A stretch of DNA of 54,445 bases from a virus (IMGVR_UViG_3300030333_003568:1-54445), one strand, 5' to 3'. Positions 20,193-29,238 are shown, numbered from the stretch's first letter. Notes: a model not told the origin generated them from the letters alone. Numbers and translations: made by a program.

Positions 20193-21035
20193 TTAACCAA
20201 ATGCAGATTCAAGATTCTTGTCAATCCCCAAAATGGCATCAAATAACTCATCTTCTGGATCAGAAATTACAGAAGCAGAACCGTTACTAGCTAATGACTT
20301 AGGTTTCATCTGAGTATTTTTAATATGCTCAGAAGCTTTTTCAGTTACACCAGCTGATCGTGGTTCTTGAATAGGTTCGTTACTTTCTCTTTGTTTAAGA
20401 TAATAAATATCATCAAGAGATAACTTCCTAGAATCTGCATAGTTTTTAAACTCTTTCCATTCGTCTTCGTTAAGACCATGTTTTTCTTTAAAAGAATTTA
20501 TTTCTGAATTAATTTGAGCTTCTTGTCGCTGCTTTCCTAATTCATTCTTCATTCTTTGTTGAACAACCCTATCTATGGTAGAGTTCAGAACTTTTGCTGA
20601 ATCACTTTCAAGATTTGTTACAGCTTCATCCGCGTCAAAGATAAAATCTTCTGGAAGATCAAGCTTTTCTGTTACACTTTGTGGGGTTTGACCGCCACCC
20701 TCGAAATAACTTCTCACATGATTAATTAATTCGGGGTCTTTTCGCATTTCGTCAAGTATAGGTAAATATGGTTCTAGTTCCTTCAGACGGGTGTTAAGCC
20801 GTTTTCCTTCTTTACTAGAATCAGCATACCTTTTTTTAAGAGTCTCGACATCCTCTTGCTGAACTTCACTAACAACATTTTCTTTGTTATCAGAAACAGT
20901 TTGTGAAGAATCATCACTTTCAAGAATACCTCCATTAACTTCTGCATCTAATGATGAGAAGAAATCAGAAGGACTTGTAGAGCCTTGTACTTCATTGGGG
21001 GCTTCGGTTGAAGCGTTGCCTTGAGTTTGAGCCAT
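20193..21035 (-). CDS. Capsid scaffolding protein
   Basis: Acidic, coiled-coil (LKKRYADSSKEGKRL); between portal and MCP. Confidence 0.7.
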   Translation of the reverse strand: MAQTQGNASTEAPNEVQGSTSPSDFFSSLDAEVNGGILESDDSSQTVSDNKENVVSEVQQEDVETLKKRYADSSKEGKRLNTRLKELEPYLPILDEMRKDPELINHVRSYFEGGGQTPQSVTEKLDLPEDFIFDADEAVTNLESDSAKVLNSTIDRVVQQRMKNELGKQRQEAQINSEINSFKEKHGLNEDEWKEFKNYADSRKLSLDDIYYLKQRESNEPIQEPRSAGVTEKASEHIKNTQMKPKSLASNGSASVISDPEDELFDAILGIDKNLESAFG

Positions 21036-21068
21036 AAGTTTTTTTTCCTTGTTTACAATTAGAATTTA

Positions 21069-23288
21069 TTAATTAGTTTTGTCTTGTTCCAATTCTTTTT
21101 CTGTTTTCTTTTTTAGATCATCTTGCATCAATTTTCTATAATATTTTTGTTGAGCTTCTGTTTCTAATACATCTTTTTTAATTTCATTTGAACCAACACC
21201 TATTTGATGTCTTATTCCAGCTTGTACCAATTGACGTTTTAATGTTTCGTTTTCACCCATTTTATCTTTCATTTGAGATTCTAGAGATTGGATTTGTTGT
21301 TGCAATTGAGCATAAAGAGATTTTCTTTCTAGAATTTGTTCTTTACCTCTAACATCTGTTTCAGAAAGCATAGCAACATCATCAATAAGACCAGCTTGAA
21401 ACCATCTAAAATATTCTTCAAGTAAAGCCCACCTATTTAATGGCATAACTGCTCCAGCTACAATTCTTATATCAAATCTAGACGAAGCATAATCATTCCA
21501 AAGTTGAACTTGATCCCCATAATCATTATAAATTGGAATATTAATTCTTGTTTCTTTTTCATCATAATCGCCAGCTGTGTTTGGTTGAACTATTCTAAAT
21601 ACCTTATCTATTTTATAATGAGCTTGAGAATGTTGTTTAAAAATTTCCCCAGTATGTTCAAGAGCAGGTTCTAATACGCTATTCATCCAAGCTTTTATTC
21701 TTCTAGTTCCAAACTCATCATTAGCAAGTAAACCTCTGTATGTTTCAGCTTGTTCTTGAGTAAAGCCCATCATAGCACTTGGAATACCAGCTATATACTC
21801 CATATCTGATTTACCTTCTTGCGTAACGGTAAAAAAAGCATTATTAATTGGAGCTGGCAATACTGGAGTTGGAGGTGTAAAACCAGGTCTGTATTTTAAT
21901 AAAGCACCTGGAGCTGATGAGTATTGTTCCCATTCATCTTCTGGAACACTTCCCTCTTCATATATCCATCTAAGATTGGAAGCAAGGTTTGCATTGTGAA
22001 GCATAACTTGATGAGCCTTATTAACTTCTTGTTGTTTTCCTATCATTGGTATAACTGCTGACATTGGATATGGAGTACCAGTATATAAATAAGGTACTGG
22101 TATTATAGGATAGTCAGTTATTGGTAATATGTATTCATACATAGTAACATCAGAACCAAGAGAACAAGATACCTTAACTCTTTTTTCATAGAATTTTACG
22201 CTATCAATTATAGTTTTTGCAACTTGCTCATTTTCAATTAAAAGTTTATATTCTTTTTCAGTAACAACTTTTGATTCTGTTCTATTTAATTCTTCTTGAG
22301 CTGCGTAATCAATTTCAGATTTCTTTCTTTCTATTCCGTACTTTAAAGCTTCTTCAGCTTTTTTTATTTCGAGCAATGCTCTTTCTTCTATTATTTCACC
22401 AGCTTGAAGTTGGCGATCTATTGACAATATAGCTTCTTTTGTTGCCACTTGAGATTCTTCTATAAATGATTTTAATTTTTGCTCTGAAACTATTTTTACA
22501 TTTTTCATATCCTCATCAGATGGATACATTTGTATTGTAAGATTGTAAAAAGGAACTCTTATTTTTTCAAAACATTCATAATAATCAATTATTTGATCTT
22601 TTGCACCTTCAGAATCAACGCTTGTTCCAATATCTTCATGTATAATAGCGTCTGAAGAATTTCTATCAACCATTGAATAAGATTGCATCCTTCCTTGTTC
22701 TGATGCTTTATTTATTTTACGAATATGTTCTGGGAACATTTGTTTAAGTTGATTTTTAGGAACTGCTTTTTTAACAATAATAAAAGAAGCATCTCTTAAA
22801 AGAAAATCTCTACTCATAGGATCAGGGTAAACATCATAAGGGTCTATTCTTTTAAATACCACATCCCCCTTACCATTATCAAGATCAGTATCTACATCTA
22901 TAAAAAAATAACCAACACCTTTAGCAAGAGCGTCTAAGATAACACTGCCGTAAACAGCTTTGCCATTTGAAATATTCCAACAATAGTCAGATATATCACT
23001 ATGTATTTGAGCTATGTTAGTATCACTTCCATCAACAGCTACTGCTTTCCATCTAGGATTATTAGCAGTTACAAAATATTTCATTGTTTCAATAATAGGA
23101 GTTATCCTATTTATTTGAAAAGTAGGCATACCAGCTTCTTCTAAAGCATCTTTTTCATCTTCTGTTAATTGGTCATTAAGATAAAAATCATATCCTTTTT
23201 GACTTTGAGACTGCCATTTAATTCTTTCATCAGAATTAGCAGAATTAAACATATTATATATTCTTTCACTTGTTTTTGTTTTAGCCAT
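21069..23288 (-). CDS. Portal protein (P22-like)
   Basis: 739 aa after TerL; FYLNDQ, INRITP, DPYDVYPDP motifs; C-terminal coiled coil. Confidence 0.85.
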   Translation of the reverse strand: MAKTKTSERIYNMFNSANSDERIKWQSQSQKGYDFYLNDQLTEDEKDALEEAGMPTFQINRITPIIETMKYFVTANNPRWKAVAVDGSDTNIAQIHSDISDYCWNISNGKAVYGSVILDALAKGVGYFFIDVDTDLDNGKGDVVFKRIDPYDVYPDPMSRDFLLRDASFIIVKKAVPKNQLKQMFPEHIRKINKASEQGRMQSYSMVDRNSSDAIIHEDIGTSVDSEGAKDQIIDYYECFEKIRVPFYNLTIQMYPSDEDMKNVKIVSEQKLKSFIEESQVATKEAILSIDRQLQAGEIIEERALLEIKKAEEALKYGIERKKSEIDYAAQEELNRTESKVVTEKEYKLLIENEQVAKTIIDSVKFYEKRVKVSCSLGSDVTMYEYILPITDYPIIPVPYLYTGTPYPMSAVIPMIGKQQEVNKAHQVMLHNANLASNLRWIYEEGSVPEDEWEQYSSAPGALLKYRPGFTPPTPVLPAPINNAFFTVTQEGKSDMEYIAGIPSAMMGFTQEQAETYRGLLANDEFGTRRIKAWMNSVLEPALEHTGEIFKQHSQAHYKIDKVFRIVQPNTAGDYDEKETRINIPIYNDYGDQVQLWNDYASSRFDIRIVAGAVMPLNRWALLEEYFRWFQAGLIDDVAMLSETDVRGKEQILERKSLYAQLQQQIQSLESQMKDKMGENETLKRQLVQAGIRHQIGVGSNEIKKDVLETEAQQKYYRKLMQDDLKKKTEKELEQDKTN

Positions 23289-23315
23289 TTTAATTATCCG
23301 TATAAAATTTTATTA

Positions 23316-24911
23316 TTAAGCAACTATCCAAGCCTTTGCTTTTCTCTTTGGTTTGATCCATTTTCTTTCTTTTCCTTGATTTGATTGTTTTAAATTTGGG
23401 GGGAAAGCGTGCAAAAGCGCATAGAAAAGTGTTTCAATAGTATCATCATGTGCCATTTTTGACCCAAAAGTAACGATTTCGTGTTTTAAATCAAACATAT
23501 TATCCCTTAAATATACTGTTCCCGTACTAAACCTACCAGATAAACCAGAATATATCTTATTTCTTTTTTCTCTTCCACCTGGTTTTTCAGGGATTACCGC
23601 TATTTCAAACTTATTTTCTATTCTTCTTCTTTCATTTAAAGCTTGAAATACCGATCTATTCATAGCGACATCTTCAACTGTACTAGATGTACAATGGTAT
23701 TTTTGATGCATTTCCATTATGTAATCAACTACACCTTTTTTTCCTGTAAGAGTTCCATCAACTCCTCTTGCTCCGACAGTTGGTATTGAGCGATGTCTTT
23801 CGTATTCAAGAACATAAGCATTATTATTGGGGTCAATTGCCACAGCCATAATAACAGAAAAGTCTGAATTTCTTGTATCTATATCTGTGGCTGGGTCGCA
23901 TCCAATAAATGTATTACATGGTATTTGTTCACCATCTATTATTAAATAATTTATATCATCTTCATTTTTATAATAGCCTTCCCAATATTTTACATAATTA
24001 TTTCCCCAAAGAGCATCTTCTTCATTTTGAACTTCTAGTTCATATTCTTGGTAATAACCTTGTCCTCTTCCAGCTTCTTCATATTCTTTTTTAATTTTTA
24101 AAAGTTTTTCTTTTGGCATATAAGAAGCCCACAATACACCACCTTTCATTTCTGGTTGAGTTGATTTGTATGTAATTACATCCCATGTATATTTAGATTT
24201 ATTATCTGCTTTTTCATATCCATCTAATATATTTTGACACAAGCTATCATAATGAACTGGTGTTCCTGCAAATATTAATCTACCGCTATTAACATCTAAA
24301 GCAGGTCTAACTCCATTATATACAATATTCTTTATCTTTTCTCTAGCATCTTGAGTTACTGTATTTGTTTCACTTTCAGTATCATCAAGGGCAACAATAT
24401 CATATCTTTTTCCTAAATAGTTTTCACCACGAACACTTGAAAGATTTGAACGACTTATTAATTTAGCTTTTGTATTTGTTACAATATCAGTTTCAGTCCA
24501 CTTTTCTCCAACAATATCTCCAAAATAATATTTAATCATATCATTTGTTTGGAAATGTTGTTTAATGTATTGAAGATTTAAAATTGATTTTCTATGATTA
24601 TCAGAAACCCAACCCATAAATAAAAACTCATCTTGAGGTTTAAATAATATTTTATGCATTAAAAATGTTTTAAATAACTGAGTTTTAGCACTTCCTCTAG
24701 GAAGTATTAATGCAAGTGATCTTGTAGTCTTTTCAAGTAGAGCATCTGCTATTTCATAATGGAACTGGGGAGATTCGGACTTTCCAAAATCCCCTGGCAA
24801 GAATAATTTACCAAAAGCAATCAAATCATGCCGCGCTATGTCAAGAACTTCATTTGCTCTTGAAACATTATTATTATTAATATTTACTTTTTGTACTTGC
24901 TTCTTTTCCAT
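23316..24911 (-). CDS. terL: Terminase large subunit
   Basis: PRGSAKT Walker A variant, VALDDTE Walker B, GTP coupling motif, YQEY, nuclease IGCDPA...SDFS...HDD. Confidence 0.9.
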   Translation of the reverse strand: MEKKQVQKVNINNNNVSRANEVLDIARHDLIAFGKLFLPGDFGKSESPQFHYEIADALLEKTTRSLALILPRGSAKTQLFKTFLMHKILFKPQDEFLFMGWVSDNHRKSILNLQYIKQHFQTNDMIKYYFGDIVGEKWTETDIVTNTKAKLISRSNLSSVRGENYLGKRYDIVALDDTESETNTVTQDAREKIKNIVYNGVRPALDVNSGRLIFAGTPVHYDSLCQNILDGYEKADNKSKYTWDVITYKSTQPEMKGGVLWASYMPKEKLLKIKKEYEEAGRGQGYYQEYELEVQNEEDALWGNNYVKYWEGYYKNEDDINYLIIDGEQIPCNTFIGCDPATDIDTRNSDFSVIMAVAIDPNNNAYVLEYERHRSIPTVGARGVDGTLTGKKGVVDYIMEMHQKYHCTSSTVEDVAMNRSVFQALNERRRIENKFEIAVIPEKPGGREKRNKIYSGLSGRFSTGTVYLRDNMFDLKHEIVTFGSKMAHDDTIETLFYALLHAFPPNLKQSNQGKERKWIKPKRKAKAWIVA

Positions 24912-25951
24912 GTTAAATATTCAGCTGCTTCAACTGGGTCAAATATAGTAGTAATTAACCTATTATCGGAATCATCAAAACGAGGGTCTATAATAGTTAC
25001 TGGACAATTAAATATATTTTTATCATCTAATCCTAATTTATCAGCATAATTATCAATCATTTTAAAAGAAGCTACTTGAATACCATGACTAATTAATCCA
25101 CTTGAGGGGTCTTTTAAAACTTGGTATCCAGAAACATGAGTATGTCCGCAAGTAAGTATGTGATCACGCCATCCTGTTTGGATTGCTCTAGACACACCAT
25201 GAGCGGTGTTCCAAATAGAATTACCTTTAAAAGTATGCCTTGCATTTATCCTAACTTGTTTACCATTGGGAAATCTTAAATTCATCCTAGCTCCCCATCT
25301 TTCATACACTCCTCGATGATCCCTCATTAAAAATTCTAATGGGTCTCCATCACCAGACCAAACATCGTGATTACCAGCTACTAAGTATATCCAACTTAAT
25401 TTAGATACAAAGTATTCAGTAAGTCTCCAAGACTCCTTTGCGCTTGTAGATTGTTGTGAGTACAAAGCAGCTAATCTTCCTACCCAATTATTTTGTATAT
25501 CTCCAAGATTTCCTGCAAACATTCCATCTGTTTTATTAATAAGGTCTGTGTAGGCAAGTATTTGAGATATATCAGTGCCATCATCGTCTATATGAGGGTC
25601 TCCAAAATGAGCAATTCCTATTGCCCCATCAATATTAATATCAACATTTATTAACCCTTTTTGTTTTCTTGCACCTTTTTTTACTTCAAACTTTCTTTTT
25701 CTATGAGATATTAATTCATCTATCGGAAGGTCTTCTACTGCATCTTCATATTTTTGCTCTACTTTAAATTTGGGAGGTTCAATAATATCTGGATTTAATG
25801 TTCTAGAACCGCAAGAATAACATTTCCATAATTGTTTTCTAGGCTTTGTGGCTCTGTATTTATGTCCATCTTTTCTTAAAGCCCTTCCTTTGCATTTTGG
25901 ACACCCTATAATCGCCCCTTCATCATTCATTGTAAAATCATCTACAGCCAT
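24884..25951 (-). CDS. Calcineurin-like metallophosphoesterase with N-terminal Zn ribbon
   Basis: GDPH, GD, GNHD, H, GHTH motifs; CPKC...CYSC. Confidence 0.85.
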   Translation of the reverse strand: MAVDDFTMNDEGAIIGCPKCKGRALRKDGHKYRATKPRKQLWKCYSCGSRTLNPDIIEPPKFKVEQKYEDAVEDLPIDELISHRKRKFEVKKGARKQKGLINVDINIDGAIGIAHFGDPHIDDDGTDISQILAYTDLINKTDGMFAGNLGDIQNNWVGRLAALYSQQSTSAKESWRLTEYFVSKLSWIYLVAGNHDVWSGDGDPLEFLMRDHRGVYERWGARMNLRFPNGKQVRINARHTFKGNSIWNTAHGVSRAIQTGWRDHILTCGHTHVSGYQVLKDPSSGLISHGIQVASFKMIDNYADKLGLDDKNIFNCPVTIIDPRFDDSDNRLITTIFDPVEAAEYLTWKRSKYKK

Positions 25952-26722
25952 TTAACTATCCTCCGTTTTTTCTTCTATTTGATTTTGAGGATTTCTAACA
26001 GCTCCTTGCAATTGATCTTGTGAAAAACCAGCAAACAAACCAACGGCTGAATTGTTTTTCTTTGTATTATTTGATGTTCCAATAATTTTTCCTAATTCTT
26101 TAGCAGATTGTAAAACTATATTATCATCTGGGCTACTATCAGCAAGCATCTTTAATCTACTAAGGACATATTCATGATCTATTCCCATTCCTTTGGCAAT
26201 ATCATTTACACCTTTTTCTATTTCATCCATTACTCTCTCCTGTTTTAATAATAGGACTGCTTTGTTTTTTGCTTTTTGAAAGTCATCTGTCCCGTATACA
26301 TTTTTTACAGCATCTACAGCTGGTTGCCCTGTCATTACTTGAGTAGCAAAAAGCTGTTCTTTTTTAGTAATTTTTTTTCTGGAATTAAAATTTGAGTTTG
26401 AATTTTTAAGTTTCTTAGAAAATGTGTATCTGTTTGGATGTTGGTTAAAATCCGTATCCATATAAGCTTTGTCATTAAGAAGAAAGCTGCCAACAACAGT
26501 CCTTACATAACACTTATTAGATTTATAATTATTGGTATCTTTAGGATGATTAATATTCCCTCTCTTTAATATCTGAACTATACCTTTATCATCAGCTTCA
26601 ACCCAGTCTCCTTCTTTTGGATTGTCTTTCCAGTACTTTATTTCACTATCGTTATGAAGCTTAAATTCATCAGAATCATTATAAACAAAGTGTTTTACCC
26701 CTTTGATTTCTCTAGACTCGAT
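25952..26722 (-). CDS. terS: Terminase small subunit-like protein, extended upstream to a non-canonical ATC start
   Basis: Frame stays open from ATG 26461 to beyond 26725; GGGA SD 6 nt before ATC; TerS-like KEQLFA...LLKQERV...EYVLSRLK...ELGKIIG; position upstream of terL. Confidence 0.55.
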   Translation of the reverse strand: MESREIKGVKHFVYNDSDEFKLHNDSEIKYWKDNPKEGDWVEADDKGIVQILKRGNINHPKDTNNYKSNKCYVRTVVGSFLLNDKAYMDTDFNQHPNRYTFSKKLKNSNSNFNSRKKITKKEQLFATQVMTGQPAVDAVKNVYGTDDFQKAKNKAVLLLKQERVMDEIEKGVNDIAKGMGIDHEYVLSRLKMLADSSPDDNIVLQSAKELGKIIGTSNNTKKNNSAVGLFAGFSQDQLQGAVRNPQNQIEEKTEDS

Positions 26723-26910
26723 AATCTTTCCCTTTCTTTTTTATCATCAAGTGCTTTTGCTAATCCCTTTATGAGTGTATTTACTTCTTTTGGAATTACA
26801 TATATTATATTGTCTATTTCGACTGGAATGTAATCAGAAGCAAGACCAGATAAAATAAATTCTTGCCCTTCTATTGGTAGGTGTTGAATCTCTTTTATTA
26901 GTTTACCCAT
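26695..26910 (-). CDS. Hypothetical protein, first gene of late block
   Basis: 71-aa ORF overlapping the terS start. Confidence 0.55.
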   Translation of the reverse strand: MGKLIKEIQHLPIEGQEFILSGLASDYIPVEIDNIIYVIPKEVNTLIKGLAKALDDKKERERLSSLEKSKG

Positions 26911-27141
26911 GTTATAAGTTAACTACTTCTGTTTTAATGTACTACAGTTAATTAATGTAATTTATATATGTATTATTATTTATCCCCGCCCTCACCTCCT
27001 TGAAATTAGATATATTGTCAAGTTATTTCCTAGAATAATTTTTCCAAAAAAATAGGCTCAAAATGCAGCGGACACTATACTTACACCCCATACCCTTAAA
27101 ATGGAATTAACTATTTTTTGTTTTAAGTTAGGAGTCATTTC
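26911..27141. promoter_or_regulatory. Divergent intergenic control region (possible genome end/packaging region)
   Basis: Strand switch between late and early blocks; AT-rich tract plus C-rich runs. Confidence 0.4.
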
Positions 27142-27354
27142 ATGACACATTTTACTTTACATGGCAAAGTCAATCAGTTGATTACTCTAAAGAGTGGCGA
27201 GCAGAAGACCGTTCAAATGGACGCTGAGTTCATTATTGAGGTCGATCTCAAAACGGGCAAAGCTTGGTACCGCGGAGTTAACAAAACTCCATTCGGTAAA
27301 GAGGGCAAATGTCCACAAGCCATTCTTGAGGTTCTCAAGGCAGAGGAAGCGTAA
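27142..27354 (+). CDS. First early gene, hypothetical
   Basis: AGGAG SD, own terminator, more GC-rich codons than neighbours. Confidence 0.7.
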   Translation: MTHFTLHGKVNQLITLKSGEQKTVQMDAEFIIEVDLKTGKAWYRGVNKTPFGKEGKCPQAILEVLKAEEA

Positions 27355-27366
27355 GCTTCCTTTTTT
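27345..27366 (+). terminator. Intrinsic terminator
   Basis: GGAAGC-GTAA-GCTTCC-TTTTTT. Confidence 0.8.
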
Positions 27367-27393
27367 GAGTTAATCATATAGGCTTTCACATAC

Positions 27394-27424
27394 CCAGGTT
27401 GCTAGACCCTGAGAAAACTAGCAA
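27394..27424 (+). ncRNA. Compact H-type pseudoknot, preQ1-I-like layout
   Basis: CAGG/CCTG crossed with TTGCTAG/CTAGCAA, A-rich linker AGAAAA. Confidence 0.3.
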
Positions 27425-27529
27425 AGATTTTATTATATGAGGGCAAGTGTTTTACCATTTTCACTTAGCCTTCAAAGTATTTATTATACACACTTTTCAA
27501 ATAACATGGGTAATAACTAGGGAGGTTAT

Positions 27530-27652
27530 ATGAGCATTAATTTTGCACCCAAAGAAAAGCTATGGTTTGTACTACTAGATGGTACAAATACTGTATTGTT
27601 TTATTCAATACACAAGGCTCAATGTCTTGCGTATATGGAAAAGCGATTATAG
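27530..27652 (+). CDS. 40-aa early protein
   Basis: GGGAGG SD; MSINFAPKEKLWFVLLDGTNTVLFYSIHKAQCLAYMEKRL. Confidence 0.6.
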   Translation: MSINFAPKEKLWFVLLDGTNTVLFYSIHKAQCLAYMEKRL

Positions 27653-27721
27653 TTTTTCTCGTTGGTTAGAGGCTACCAGAAAACAAAGCCTCAAAGAATT
27701 TATTATATAAAGGAACTAATA

Positions 27722-27886
27722 ATGGAATGTAATTTACATGAAAGAATAGAGGCAGCTATTGATCTTATTGAAGCATGGAGATTAAATGATTGTGATGATG
27801 AGTTTATTAGGTATGCTACAATTAATTGTTGCCCTCATCCTATACAACAAGAAGTTATATTAAACTTGTTGGAGCAGGGGTGGTAG
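27722..27886 (+). CDS. Small early protein (MECNLHERIE...)
   Basis: AAGGA SD before ATG 27722, preferred over TTG 27662. Confidence 0.55.
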   Translation: MECNLHERIEAAIDLIEAWRLNDCDDEFIRYATINCCPHPIQQEVILNLLEQGW

Positions 27887-27905
27887 AAATACTATCCCTG
27901 TTATT
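27874..27905 (+). terminator. GNRA-capped hairpin/terminator
   Basis: GCAGGGGTGGTA-GAAA-TACTATCCCTGT then T-rich. Confidence 0.6.
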
Positions 27906-27914
27906 AATTTATTA

Positions 27915-28046
27915 TATAGGCAAGGTCGCTATCACTAGTCAATCTTGAACTTGAAGCCTTCAAGACCTAATGTATGATATAACTAATCGCGGCTATGAAC
28001 TGAACAGAAATGCCGAATTACTCTGGTTAGGAATGTCTTGCCTATA
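27915..28046 (+). ncRNA. Stem-closed ~130-nt candidate structured RNA
   Basis: Perfect 10-bp closing IR TATAGGCAAG/CTTGCCTATA; internal TCTTGAA/TTCAAGA hairpin. Confidence 0.45.
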
Positions 28047-28077
28047 AACATTTAACAATTAACAATAGGGAGTTAAT

Positions 28078-28281
28078 ATGAGCAATTGTAAAGAACCATT
28101 ACATAATCATCACGATGGATGTCCATCTTGTTTTTATTCTTTAAATGCTGAAAGTATAATTTGGGAAGAATCAGAAAGAAAATACTCAGGTAAACCTGTA
28201 GGCGTATTTAATGCTATAAGAAAATACCAGATGGAATCTCCAATATTCAGACTGTTTGTTAAGCTTGGATTGAGAAAGTAA
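28078..28281 (+). CDS. Small Cys/His-rich early protein
   Basis: GGGAG SD; CKEPLHNHHDGCPSC potential metal site. Confidence 0.6.
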   Translation: MSNCKEPLHNHHDGCPSCFYSLNAESIIWEESERKYSGKPVGVFNAIRKYQMESPIFRLFVKLGLRK

Positions 28282-28284
28282 TAA

Positions 28285-28920
28285 TGGCAGGGCTAGAGGG
28301 AAGCCTTTAATTCCCTCAAAGATTTAAAATGATGTGGCTAATAGTAATATCCGTACAAATATTAATATTGGCTTAAATGCAAATCCTATGAACAACTCAT
28401 TCTACTAGGGCGTGAGCATAGGGCAGTGAATCAGTTCTTTAAGGGCTGAAGTATTCGACCTAAATATTGGCAATACTATCGTAAAGATTGAGCTGTAAGT
28501 ATGAGACTACAACTAAGGAAAGTTCTAGTGTTGTTGTGCAATAGTGAAGGATTGTTAACCTTCTAGTTCTATAAATAGATGAGACTAATAGCGTAAAGAA
28601 TAGGCAACTGTTCAATGTTATAATGTTAATGTGATTAATACTCATGAGACATAAGTCGTAGTATAGTAATATCAGATTCTAGCACAATGTTGCTCGAAAG
28701 AGCAAAACAAAATAACCGAGTATTGTTAGGTAATGGGTTAAAACTCCCTGTCTAAATCTAACTTGCAGCATCATTAATTTTGGGGCTAAATACGCGCCAA
28801 ATGTAAGTGCGGAAACCGATTGTGAGCTTACATAGATTGCAAGGATCGCAACCTGTAATATTAGTTTGATCAACTATATTAGGATGGTGTTATGAGCACC
28901 ATCTGCAATCAAACTTTTAT
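28285..28920 (+). ncRNA. Candidate large structured ncRNA (~640 nt; ROOL/GOLLD size class, family unassigned)
   Basis: No SD-led ORF on the transcribed strand; many hairpins incl. TTGCTC-GAAA-GAGCAA and GAATAG-GCAA-CTGTTC; long-range GCTGTAAGT/ACTTGCAGC. Confidence 0.6.
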
Positions 28921-28941
28921 AAAATAATAAAGGAGTTAATA

Positions 28942-29226
28942 GTGAACGAAGATAAAAAGAAAGCAATAGCTTTAAGAATAGCTGTTCTTATTTCATACGT
29001 TATAAAAATGATAAGTGATAAAAAAGTAACTGGTAAAGACACTTCACAAGATGAAAAGATTGTTCCAGAACTATTAAGTAAATTAGTTGGTGAAGTATTT
29101 AGTTATGATAAAGAAGGATTTATGATGGTTCAAGAAGCTACAGAAAAACTTATAGAAGAAGCTGAAAAAGATATGATTAAGAAAGGAATACCTACAACTG
29201 ATGATAAACAAACTGCTCAAGCATAA
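28942..29226 (+). CDS. Hypothetical early protein
   Basis: GTG start, AAGGAG SD. Confidence 0.6.
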   Translation: MNEDKKKAIALRIAVLISYVIKMISDKKVTGKDTSQDEKIVPELLSKLVGEVFSYDKEGFMMVQEATEKLIEEAEKDMIKKGIPTTDDKQTAQA

Positions 29227-29238
29227 TAGGGAGTAAAT

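Noticed and set aside
2640-26970. TAAATT as late-promoter motif in several intergenic gaps
   Set aside because: Too short to be significant in AT-rich DNA without a statistical test
26990-27022. TTGACA on minus strand as sigma70 promoter
   Set aside because: No -10 element at 16-18 nt spacing
28500-28760. RNase P-like AGGAAAGT and group I-like GAGACTA words
   Set aside because: Partner motifs not found and no interrupted gene; insufficient for a family call
28460-28873. Two minus-strand ORFs (61 and 64 aa)
   Set aside because: Against local transcription direction, no SD, lie in the structured RNA candidate
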